The notes under the pieces are model-generated. The model had not been told where the DNA came from, made no database searches, and saw only the letters and a program-made list of their open reading frames with translations. Of a DNA stretch of 11,380 nucleotides, positions 1 through 7,448 are shown one piece after another. Each line of letters starts with the position of its first letter. The first letter of the stretch is position 1. The translations under genes were made by a program, and so were the position numbers. Source of the stretch: Deinococcaceae bacterium (lineage in GTDB: Bacteria > Deinococcota > Deinococci > Deinococcales > Trueperaceae); contig JBDZWC010000098.1 in the NCBI GenBank assembly GCA_040256005.1, positions 1 through 11,380 on the forward strand. The letters run 5' to 3'.

Positions 1-15
1 CAGTGCGCGAGGCAC
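1..15 (-). CDS. probable 5' end of a divergently transcribed gene running off the left edge (MPRAL...), product unknown
   Basis: Minus strand reads GGAG (24-21), 5 nt, GTG (15-13) CCT CGC GCA CTG, directly downstream of a near-consensus promoter. Only 5 codons are visible. Confidence 0.45.
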
Positions 16-37
16 GTTCACTCCAAAGCGTTCGCCG

Positions 38-66
38 AGCATAATCGGATTACGGAAACCTGTCAA
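38..66 (-). promoter_or_regulatory. sigma70-type promoter, leftward
   Basis: Minus strand TTGACA (66-61), exactly 17 nt, TATGCT (43-38): a consensus -35 and a 4/6 -10 that keeps the TANNNT core. Confidence 0.8.
40..54. promoter_or_regulatory. candidate TetR operator (inverted repeat)
   Basis: CATAATCGGATTACG contains the perfect dyad TAATC-G-GATTA (42-52) with an outer C/G pair. It overlaps the leftward -10/spacer and the expected -35 position of the tetR promoter. Confidence 0.6.
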
Positions 67-71
67 CGGGT

Positions 72-77
72 TATGCT
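72..77 (+). promoter_or_regulatory. -10 box of a probable leaderless tetR promoter
   Basis: TATGCT lies 7 nt upstream of the in-frame GTG at 85, with no SD. The geometry matches five other genes in the window. Confidence 0.55.
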
Positions 78-597
78 GGAACCTGTGCGAGAGCTCATCC
101 CCGTCCCGGGTAGCGCGCGCGCACGTCTGCTTGACGCAGCGATCGAGCTCTTCGAGAAGCACGGCTTCGAGATCGCCTCCGTTACCCAGATCGCGGCAAC
201 TGCAGGCGTGACGACGGGTTCCCTCTACCACCACTTCGACTCGAAGCTCGGTCTGTTCGCAGTCATCAGGCAGGAGATGGAGCGCCGCGTCAGGGACCGC
301 ATGGAGGGCGCCTTCGAGGCCGTGGGCGGCGGTCAGTCTGCCGTCGTTTCGGCGCTCCTGGTGGGGTTCGACGCGGCCGTGAAGCTGAAGGTCACCAGGA
401 TCCTCAGCGAGGAGCCCGTGGGCCTGGAAGAGAAGACGCTAAAAGAGACGCTCGCTCACTTCGTATCTCCCAAGCCTGCGGCGGTCGCGAACATCCTTCT
501 CGGCGCCTGGCGCTACGCGCTCGGAAGTGTGTCCGCAGGCGACACACCTGCCTTGGTCAAGAACGGTCTCGCCTGGGCGCTGGGCAACGGCCGTTAG
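73..597 (+). CDS. TetR/AcrR family transcriptional regulator (true start may be GTG at 85)
   Basis: N-terminal HTH: RLLDAAIELFEKHGFEIASVTQIAATAGVTTGSLYHHFDSKLGLF. Confidence 0.95.
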   Translation: MLEPVRELIPVPGSARARLLDAAIELFEKHGFEIASVTQIAATAGVTTGSLYHHFDSKLGLFAVIRQEMERRVRDRMEGAFEAVGGGQSAVVSALLVGFDAAVKLKVTRILSEEPVGLEEKTLKETLAHFVSPKPAAVANILLGAWRYALGSVSAGDTPALVKNGLAWALGNGR

Positions 598-622
598 CTC
601 AGCTATAAGCGTTCCCTTCACT

Positions 623-683
623 CTTCTCACCGCTGGCGGCTCAAGTTTGAACCCAGGGCCGAAAGTAGGCAGCGGTGATGAAG
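623..683 (+). other. predicted RNA stem-loop occluding the start codon of the dehydrogenase gene
   Basis: TCACCGCTG (627-635) is the exact reverse complement of CAGCGGTGA (670-678). The stem extends via CTTC (623-626)/GAAG (680-683) past a one-base bulge. Inner stem CGGCTC (637-642)/GGGCCG (656-661). Confidence 0.4.
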
Positions 684-2150
684 CTGGCACGTGGTAGTGC
701 TGTACCGGCCCTGGTCGGGACCACCCTCACACTCTGCGTTCTCATGGCGGCGTGTTTCCCGATCGCGCCTTCTCAGGGCGGCGGTCAGACGACCTTCGAC
801 CCGCCGCGACCGGTGGACGCGTCAGACGTCGCTGTGCCGGACGGCTACCGGATCGAGGTAGTAGCGACGGGACTCACCTTCCCTTCCGGCGTCGCCTTCG
901 ATGACGACGGCCGGGTCTACGTCGTGGAGGCTGGCTACTCGTACGGCGAGGTGTTCACGACCCCGCGGCTGCTGCGGGTCGAAGAAGGCGAGATCACGGT
1001 GGTCGCCGAGGGCGAGAACCCGCCCTGGAACGGCGTTGCTTTCATGGACGGCGCCTTCTACGTCGCCGAGGGAGGGCAGGAAATTGGCGGCCGGATCATT
1101 CGCCTTGGCTTGGATGGCGAAACGGCAGTGGTCGCCGAAGGTCTGCCAGGCCTTGGTGACCACCACACGAACGGACCCGCCGTAGGGCCTGATGGGATGC
1201 TCTATTTCGGGCAGGGAACGGCGACGAACTCCGGCGTAGTTGGCGTTGACAATGCCGACTTCGGATGGCTCTACCGCCATCCGGACGTTCGCGACATCGC
1301 TTGCCGGGACGTAGTGCTCACGGGCACGAACTACGAGAGCCCGAATCCCCTGACCGAGGATCCTAGCGACACGGTGACCACGGGTGCGTACGTACCGTTC
1401 GGCACGCCCACCGAGGCTGGACAGGTCGTCGCCGGCCGCGTGCCATGCACAGGAGCCGTCATGCGGGTGTCACCGGATGGCGGTGAGCCGGAGCTAGTGG
1501 CGTGGGGTTTCCGCAACCCGTTCGGCCTGGCCTTCGATGCCGCGGGCAACCTGTACGTCACCGACAACAGTTACGACGATCGCGGGAGCCGTCCGGTGTT
1601 CGGCACGGGTGACCTCCTGTGGCAAGTCGAGGAAGGTGCCTGGTACGGCTGGCCCGACTTCCATGGATCACGCCCGCTCACGGACGACGATCACTTCCAA
1701 GTGCCTGGCGGGCCTCCTCCGGGTTTCGTGTTGGCCGAGCACCCCCAAGTTCCGCCGGAGCCCGTCGCGCTCCTCGGGGTGCACTCCTCGTCGAACGGCA
1801 TGGACATATCGAACTCGGCCGGATTCGGGTTCGGGGGCCAGGCTTTCGTAGCCCAGTTCGGTGACATGGCGCCGGGCGCCGGCAAGGTCATGGCACCCGT
1901 CGGCTTCAAGGTCGTGCGCGTCGACCTGGAGACTGGTATCTCGCAGGACTTCGCGGTCAACGTGGATCCCAGTGGTCCGGCGTCGCGAACGGGGCTCGCA
2001 GGTTTGGAACGCCCCGTGGCCGTGCGGTTCAGCCCCGACGGCTCGTCTCTCTACGTCGTTGACTTTGGCGTCATGACGATCACCGAAGAGGGTGCAGAGC
2101 CACGTGCAGGTACCGGTGTCCTCTGGCGGATCGAGAGGTCAGGACCGTGA
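675..2150 (+). CDS. glucose/sorbosone dehydrogenase family (PQQ-dependent sugar dehydrogenase-like) beta-propeller lipoprotein
   Basis: Signal peptide with lipobox LMAA-C. Propeller repeats and motifs VATGLTFPSGVAF, GDHHTNG, GPDGMLYFGQG, AWGFRNPFGLAF, WYGWP, RPVAVRFSPDGSSLYVVDFG. Start could be GTG 675 or ATG 678. Confidence 0.88.
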   Translation: MMKLARGSAVPALVGTTLTLCVLMAACFPIAPSQGGGQTTFDPPRPVDASDVAVPDGYRIEVVATGLTFPSGVAFDDDGRVYVVEAGYSYGEVFTTPRLLRVEEGEITVVAEGENPPWNGVAFMDGAFYVAEGGQEIGGRIIRLGLDGETAVVAEGLPGLGDHHTNGPAVGPDGMLYFGQGTATNSGVVGVDNADFGWLYRHPDVRDIACRDVVLTGTNYESPNPLTEDPSDTVTTGAYVPFGTPTEAGQVVAGRVPCTGAVMRVSPDGGEPELVAWGFRNPFGLAFDAAGNLYVTDNSYDDRGSRPVFGTGDLLWQVEEGAWYGWPDFHGSRPLTDDDHFQVPGGPPPGFVLAEHPQVPPEPVALLGVHSSSNGMDISNSAGFGFGGQAFVAQFGDMAPGAGKVMAPVGFKVVRVDLETGISQDFAVNVDPSGPASRTGLAGLERPVAVRFSPDGSSLYVVDFGVMTITEEGAEPRAGTGVLWRIERSGP

Positions 2151-2530
2151 CGCTCGAGCGCCCGTCTATCCGACGGCGCTTAGGCAGCCAGTTGGCCCTC
2201 CTTGCTCTGGCCCTCGGGATCGCTGCTTGCGCGCCCGCTCACCGCAGCGAGCCGATCTACGGGCCGCTGCTCCTCACGGACGAGGCGGCGATGGCCGGTC
2301 AGCGCGTCTTCTACCAGCACTGCCATCAGTGTCATCCGGGAGGCGCCGGTGGCTTGGGGTTCGCGATCAACAACCGGCCGTTGCCTGGCTGGCTCATCCG
2401 CTTCCAGGTCCGAAACGGCCTTGGCTCAATGCCCGCGTTCTCGGAGGAGGAGATCAGTGACGCACAGCTCGACGATCTCGTGGCGTTCCTCCTCGAACTT
2501 CGTCAGCAAGAGTCTCCCGAAGGGCCCTAG
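2147..2530 (+). CDS. class I mono-haem cytochrome c lipoprotein
   Basis: CxxCH (CHQCH), distal Met in GSMPAF, lipobox GIAA-C. GTGA 4-nt overlap with the upstream stop codon. Confidence 0.93.
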   Translation: MTLERPSIRRRLGSQLALLALALGIAACAPAHRSEPIYGPLLLTDEAAMAGQRVFYQHCHQCHPGGAGGLGFAINNRPLPGWLIRFQVRNGLGSMPAFSEEEISDAQLDDLVAFLLELRQQESPEGP

Positions 2531-2580
2531 GCACTAGACGCGCCCTCACCCCACGAACGAGCCCCTCACGAACGCCCGCC

Positions 2581-2586
2581 TATCAT
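2581..2586 (+). promoter_or_regulatory. -10 box, leaderless promoter of the PKS operon
   Basis: TATCAT-cgacc-ATG(2592), no SD upstream. TATCATCG recurs at 10321 in the same position. Confidence 0.65.
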
Positions 2587-2591
2587 CGACC

Positions 2592-3689
2592 ATGGCGGCC
2601 CACCTTCACTCGATAGCGACGGCAGTGCCCGCGCACGTGTACGACCAAGAACACACGCTAGATGTCATGAAAGCGTGGCATGGCGACGACCGCCGAACGA
2701 ACCGGCTCCTGAGCGGTATCTACCGGGCGTCCGCGATCGAGAGGCGCCACAGCGTGGTGGGCGACTTCCAGGTGGGCAGCGACGGCGGTTTCTTCTACCT
2801 GCCGAAAGAGGAGCGCTTCAGGGATCCGTCCACGGGCGAGCGCAACGCCGCGTACGCGCGCGAGGCCGGCAGGTTGGCCAGCTGTGCTGCACGAAGGACC
2901 TTGTCCGCCAGTGCCGTGGTGCCGAAGCGCGTCACGCACCTGATCACGTTCTCGTGCACCGGCTTCTACGCGCCGGGCGTGGACCTCGACGTCGTACGTG
3001 ACCTCGGACTGCCTGACCACGTCGAGCGCTACCACCTCGGCTTCATGGGCTGCTACGCGGCGTTCCCAGCGATGCGGCTGGCGCGCTCCATCTGCATAGC
3101 CGACGAGACAGCGGTGGTGCTAATCGTGTCCGTGGAGTTGTGCACGCTTCACCTCCAGGCCGGCAAGGACACGGACGAGCTGCTCGCTGCCTCCGTCTTC
3201 GCCGATGGTGCCGCAGCCGCCCTCGTCACCTCCCGTCCGCCCGATGACAGGAACTCCTTCCAGCTGGAAGCGTTCCATAGCGCTCTCGCGACGGACGCAC
3301 GGGACGACATGGCCTGGACCATCGGAGACACCGGCTTCACGATGACGCTGTCTAGCGAGGTGCCGCGCGTGGTCGAACGCGAGGTGGGCGGCGCGTTGGC
3401 CCCGCTGTGGAACCGTGCAGGAGTGGCACAAGAAGACATGGCCGGCTGGGCGGTCCATCCCGGCGGGCGCGCGATCCTCGACGGCTTCGAAGCCGCCCTC
3501 GAGCTGCCGGAAGGATCGCTGAACGAGTCGCGAGACGTCCTGCGCCGCTACGGCAACATGTCGAGCGCCACGGTCCTCTTCGTGCTCGAACGCATGCTGC
3601 GAGGCGACGCGCTCGGCGGACCTATAACAGCGGTGGCGTTCGGACCGGGTTTAGCTGTCGAGAGCGCGCTGCTGCGTCCGGTCAACTAG
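2592..3689 (+). CDS. type III polyketide synthase (chalcone/stilbene synthase family)
   Basis: Intact Cys-His-Asn triad: FMGCYAA (Cys154, codon at 3051), WAVHPGG, YGNMSSATV. Also SCTG, VELCTLH, FADGAAA, AFGPGL. Confidence 0.96.
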   Translation: MAAHLHSIATAVPAHVYDQEHTLDVMKAWHGDDRRTNRLLSGIYRASAIERRHSVVGDFQVGSDGGFFYLPKEERFRDPSTGERNAAYAREAGRLASCAARRTLSASAVVPKRVTHLITFSCTGFYAPGVDLDVVRDLGLPDHVERYHLGFMGCYAAFPAMRLARSICIADETAVVLIVSVELCTLHLQAGKDTDELLAASVFADGAAAALVTSRPPDDRNSFQLEAFHSALATDARDDMAWTIGDTGFTMTLSSEVPRVVEREVGGALAPLWNRAGVAQEDMAGWAVHPGGRAILDGFEAALELPEGSLNESRDVLRRYGNMSSATVLFVLERMLRGDALGGPITAVAFGPGLAVESALLRPVN

Positions 3690-3701
3690 GGAACCGGCGC
3701 C

Positions 3702-4403
3702 GTGCTGAGGGAGCGCGCTAGTTGGCTGCGGGAGCGCATGGACGACCCGCGCTGTGACCCGGTTCTCCTCCGGAACACTTACGAACAGTTCGCTCGCGTG
3801 AACTCGCTGGTTACGGCTTGGCGGCGCACGTTCGAGCAGCTCCTCGAGCCGCGTCTGAGGTCGGGCGGCACGATCCTCGACGTGGGTTGCGGCGCCGGTG
3901 ACCTCGCCCGCTCGTTGGCCACCTGGAGTCGTGAGGCCGGAAACCGAGTCCGGGTGACTGCCATCGACCCGGACCCTCGTGCGATCAGGTACGCCACCTC
4001 GAGCGAGGCCGCGTCTGTGTTCGCGACCTCGGAGTCGGCTCCGTCAGTTGACTTCCGCCAAGCGGCGGCCGAACGGTTGGCGGCCGAGGGCGAACGCTTC
4101 GATGTCGTCGTCTCCAATCACCTGCTGCATCACCTCTCGGACGATCAACTGCTGCCCTTCCTCGAGACCACCGCCTCGCTGGCGAAGTCGCTCGTGGTTC
4201 ACAGCGACATGCGGCGGCACCCCGTCGCCTACGCCGCGTTCTCACTGACCAAGCCACTGTTCCCGCGCTCGTTCATCGTCGAGGACGGGCTCACGTCCAT
4301 CCGCCGCGCGTTCACGCCGGACGAGCTGCGGCAGCTCGCCCCGTCCGGTTGGGAAGTGCTGACGCCGTTCCCCTTCCGTAACTTGCTGGTGCTGGAGAAG
4401 TGA
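3702..4403 (+). CDS. class I SAM-dependent methyltransferase
   Basis: Motif I ILDVGCGAGD, VTAIDPD, FDVVVSNHLLHHL. N-terminal ERMDDP and C-terminal DGLTSIRRAFT resemble the type III PKS-associated subfamily. Confidence 0.93.
   Translation: MLRERASWLRERMDDPRCDPVLLRNTYEQFARVNSLVTAWRRTFEQLLEPRLRSGGTILDVGCGAGDLARSLATWSREAGNRVRVTAIDPDPRAIRYATSSEAASVFATSESAPSVDFRQAAAERLAAEGERFDVVVSNHLLHHLSDDQLLPFLETTASLAKSLVVHSDMRRHPVAYAAFSLTKPLFPRSFIVEDGLTSIRRAFTPDELRQLAPSGWEVLTPFPFRNLLVLEK
3990..4049 (+). repeat. degenerate 30-bp tandem duplication inside the methyltransferase
   Basis: YATSSEAASV / FATSESAPSV. The two 30-nt units match at 19/30 positions by hand alignment, including the shared ACCTCG core. Confidence 0.55.
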
Positions 4404-5503
4404 TCGACTTCGCGGTCGTGGGAGCAGGCCCGGTAGGCCTCTGCGTAGGTTGCCTGCTGGCGGCGGCCGGACGAGACGTGGTCGTACTGGACGAGGGAGC
4501 TCGGCCGGCCGGGACTCGTTCCATCGGGATCCACCCTCCCGCGCTCGAGGTACTGAACCAGATCGATACGGCGGAGGAGATGATCGCCGCTGGCAGCCGG
4601 ATCCGGAGCGCCCGGCTGCTCCTGGGCGCCGAGCACATCGGGACCCTTTCCCTTGCCGGCTGCCCCGCGCCTTTTCGCTTCGTCCTGACCTTGCCGCAGC
4701 ACGAGACGGAGCGCATCCTGTGTCAACGCTTGGAGAGGCTGCGGCCGGGGACGCTGCAGCGAGGAGCGCGGGTGGTGGGCGTGACGCGCGGTGCGACAGG
4801 CACGGAGCTTGCGATGGAGGACGGCGAACCCGTTCGGTGCCGGTTCGTGATCGGCTGCGACGGGCGCCTCAGTCGGGTTCGCGATGCGCTCGGCGTGGCG
4901 ATCGAGGGCGGCGCACTGGGCCACCACTACCTCATGGCCGACATGCCGGAGGACGGGTCGCTGGGTGAGGACGCCGCCATCTCACTTGGACACTCAGGCG
5001 TCGTCGAAGCCTTCCCTCTGCCGGGCGGGAGGCGACGCTGGGTGGCCCGGTTCGCGAAGCGGCCGGACGGGCTCTCGGCGCAAGACCAGGCTGAAGTCGT
5101 GTACGTACGGACGGGCATCGCTATCGACCCTGGTGATGCTTCAGCCTCTGCCTTCACCGCCGAGAAGCGGATCGCCACGCGCCTGACGGGCGACGGCTGG
5201 GCGCTGGTAGGGGATGCGGCTCACGTCATCTCGCCCATCGGTGGGCAGGGGATGAACCTCGGGCTTCTCGGAGGCCGCGCTCTCGTCGAGGCGCTTCTGC
5301 GCTCGGACCGGGTTGAGGCCCTAGCCGCGTACGACCTACGGCAACGCGCGCGAGCGCAGGCTGCGGCGCGGCGGGCGGCCGTGAACATGCTCCTCGGCGG
5401 CGAGCGACTACTGCCCGGCATCAGGTGGGCGGCGTTGCGTACCGTGTCGCTGCCCCGGCTGAAACCTCGGTTCGCCCGCTACTTCACGATGCGGGGGCTC
5501 TAG
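4400..5503 (+). CDS. FAD-dependent monooxygenase (group A aromatic hydroxylase, UbiH/PheA-like)
   Basis: All three fingerprints present: VVGAGPVG, IGCDGRLSRVR (DG), LVGDAAHVISPIGGQGMNLG (GD). GTGA overlap with the upstream gene. Confidence 0.93.
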   Translation: MIDFAVVGAGPVGLCVGCLLAAAGRDVVVLDEGARPAGTRSIGIHPPALEVLNQIDTAEEMIAAGSRIRSARLLLGAEHIGTLSLAGCPAPFRFVLTLPQHETERILCQRLERLRPGTLQRGARVVGVTRGATGTELAMEDGEPVRCRFVIGCDGRLSRVRDALGVAIEGGALGHHYLMADMPEDGSLGEDAAISLGHSGVVEAFPLPGGRRRWVARFAKRPDGLSAQDQAEVVYVRTGIAIDPGDASASAFTAEKRIATRLTGDGWALVGDAAHVISPIGGQGMNLGLLGGRALVEALLRSDRVEALAAYDLRQRARAQAAARRAAVNMLLGGERLLPGIRWAALRTVSLPRLKPRFARYFTMRGL

Positions 5504-5504
5504 C

Positions 5505-6443
5505 GTGGTGGCGTCGGTCGGTATGCCCAGGTGGAGGTCCTACCTTCTACACTTGCGGCTGCCCTTCCAACTCCTGCTCAGCCCGGTCTACCTGTGGGGC
5601 GTGCTGCTCGCGGGTGGCAGCATCGCGAGCGCGGAGTTCTGGCTCGGGTACTTCTCGCTACACCTGTTCCTCTACGGCGGCACCACCGCGTTCAACTCGT
5701 ACTACGACCGCGACGAGGGACCCATCGGCGGGATGCTGCAGCCTCCCAAGGTGGACGAGGGTTTGCTGCCTTTCTCGCTCGCCGTGCAGGCGGTGGGTCT
5801 CATCCCGGCTGCGCTCGTCGGTTGGCGGTTCCTGCTCGCATGGCTGGCGCTGTTCCTGGTGTTCACGGCGTACTCGCATCCCGCCGTGCGCCTCAAGGCG
5901 AGCCCTGCAGCGGCGCTCAGCGCCATCGGCTTCGGCCAGGGGGCGCTCGGCTTCGCGCTCGGATGGTTGGCTGGCCGTGCGGGCGACCTTGGCCGGGCAG
6001 CGTCAGACCACGCAACCGTTGCGGCACCCGGCGGCCTGTTCAGCCCGGCAGCTCTCATCGGAGCAGCCAGCACGGCCTTGATCGTCACGGGGCTCTACCT
6101 GGTCACTCAGTGCTACCAGGAAGAAGAGGACCGCGCCCGAGGCGACCGGACCATCGCCGTGCTCGTTGGTGCGCGGCGGTCATTGCAACTGGCCCTGGTG
6201 CCGATGGCCCTGGGCGGAGCGGTGCTCGTGGCATGGTGTTGGGTGAACCTCGGGGTCGGTTGGGCCGTGGGGTTAGCGGCCTTCTTCGCCTTGCTCGGAG
6301 GGACGCAGCTGCTGTGGGCTAGCGGCTTCGACTCGCGGAGCGTGGAACAGAACTTCCGCACGGCCATGCGGTTCACAACGGCGGCATCGCTCGGCCTCTC
6401 GGTCTTCCTCGTCATCCAGCTGGTGAGGGCGTGGAGGATCTAG
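5505..6443 (+). CDS. UbiA family integral-membrane prenyltransferase (alternative start ATG 5523)
   Basis: Many hydrophobic helices. Acidic motifs FNSYYDRDEG and YQEEEDRARGDRT, plus YSHPAVRLK (YS.PP.RLK loop). Confidence 0.88.
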   Translation: MVASVGMPRWRSYLLHLRLPFQLLLSPVYLWGVLLAGGSIASAEFWLGYFSLHLFLYGGTTAFNSYYDRDEGPIGGMLQPPKVDEGLLPFSLAVQAVGLIPAALVGWRFLLAWLALFLVFTAYSHPAVRLKASPAAALSAIGFGQGALGFALGWLAGRAGDLGRAASDHATVAAPGGLFSPAALIGAASTALIVTGLYLVTQCYQEEEDRARGDRTIAVLVGARRSLQLALVPMALGGAVLVAWCWVNLGVGWAVGLAAFFALLGGTQLLWASGFDSRSVEQNFRTAMRFTTAASLGLSVFLVIQLVRAWRI

Positions 6444-7396
6444 GCCGGCGAATCCGGCCGCGCGCCAACCGCTGGCATGGAGTGGCGGCCATCGGCTGCC
6501 TTCTCTGGTTGGCGGCGTGCGCACCTGCAGCTCGTGACGCGGCCGAGACGACGCCGACTACGACCGAGCGGACACGCTACGTGGGCCGGTCCGAGGACCG
6601 CTTCTTCGACGTCCTCACCTTCAACACGGCGCTCCTCCCCGAGCTGGTCAGCGGGACGATGCCGTCTGCCCGCGTTCAGTTGATGGCGCCTCACCTCGCG
6701 GGCTACGACGCGTTGGTGCTCCAAGAGGCCTTCGTGGACGGCTGGCGCAAGGACTTAGTCGAGGACCTCGCCGCCACCTATCCCTATGTCGGCGATCTCG
6801 TGGGTTCGGACGGTGCGCGCGGCTTCGCCCTGCGGCAGGACGGCGGAGTAGTGATCCTCAGTCGTTGGCCCATCGTGCGTACGGCGACCATGACCTTCGG
6901 GTCCGCGTGCAGCGGTACCGACTGCCTGGCGGACAAGGGCGTGACGTACGTCGCGATCCGCAAGGGCCTGCGCACCTACCACCTCTTCGGGACCCACGCT
7001 CAGTCGGTCTTCGGTTGGGACCCGCCCGGCGTGAGGGCCGCGCAGTTCGAACTGTTCGCGCGGTTCGTGGCGGCGCAAGAGATCCCGGAGGACGAGGTCG
7101 TGCTGCTGGCGGGCGACTTCAACGTGAACGCGGCCACGCCGGAGCTGGAAGCCATGCTTATGACGCTGCGCGCGTGGTGGCCACCTGTGATCGGCCCCGT
7201 CAGGGCGACGTGGGATCCAGCCAACAACGAATGGGCCGACGGACCAACGGAGTGGCTCGACTACGTGCTGGTAGCCGAAGGTTACGGCCCGCCGATCGTT
7301 GCCTGGAACCGCGCCTTACCTTTGCGCGAGGGTGGCAGAGACCTGTCTGATCACTACGCGGTGTGGGCGAGACTCGCGCTGCCACCGGACCCTTGA
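6431..7396 (+). CDS. sphingomyelin phosphodiesterase-like (neutral SMase C / EEP superfamily) lipoprotein
   Basis: Lipobox WLAA-C followed by a Thr-rich linker. Motifs TFN, LQEAF, DGGVVILSRWPI, DCLADKG, GTHAQS, AGDFNV, WLDYV, LSDHYAV. Confidence 0.88.
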   Translation: MEDLGRRIRPRANRWHGVAAIGCLLWLAACAPAARDAAETTPTTTERTRYVGRSEDRFFDVLTFNTALLPELVSGTMPSARVQLMAPHLAGYDALVLQEAFVDGWRKDLVEDLAATYPYVGDLVGSDGARGFALRQDGGVVILSRWPIVRTATMTFGSACSGTDCLADKGVTYVAIRKGLRTYHLFGTHAQSVFGWDPPGVRAAQFELFARFVAAQEIPEDEVVLLAGDFNVNAATPELEAMLMTLRAWWPPVIGPVRATWDPANNEWADGPTEWLDYVLVAEGYGPPIVAWNRALPLREGGRDLSDHYAVWARLALPPDP

Positions 7397-7448
7397 GGCG
7401 CCGCTAGCTGCCCGCCGGGTTGGGTAGAGCGATGAAGCGTGGAGGTGC

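Noticed and set aside
586..605. Palindromes AACGGCCGTT and TAGCT-C-AGCTA at the tetR stop
   Set aside because: Short, no U-tract, and little similarity to the operator candidate at 40-54; compatible with chance.
648..673. TGAACCCAGGGCCGAAAGTAGGCAGC resembles SRP RNA helix 8 (CAGG-NCC-GNRA-GGN-AGCAGC)
   Set aside because: The stem closing the tetraloop would not pair (GCC versus GTA), the AGCAG element is altered, and the region runs straight into a start codon.
658..688. GAAA plus GTGATGA suggest a hammerhead ribozyme core
   Set aside because: The core needs CUGANGA and three stems; the C is missing and stems I and III cannot be formed.
2147..2230. Arg-rich n-region (SIRRRL) as a Tat signal on the cytochrome
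   Set aside because: Lacks the RRxFL consensus, and c-type cytochromes are normally Sec-exported; read as an ordinary lipoprotein signal.
7397..7448. Possible bidirectional terminator between convergent genes (CTGCCC...GGGTAG)
   Set aside because: Weak stem with G-U pairs and no U-tract on either strand.
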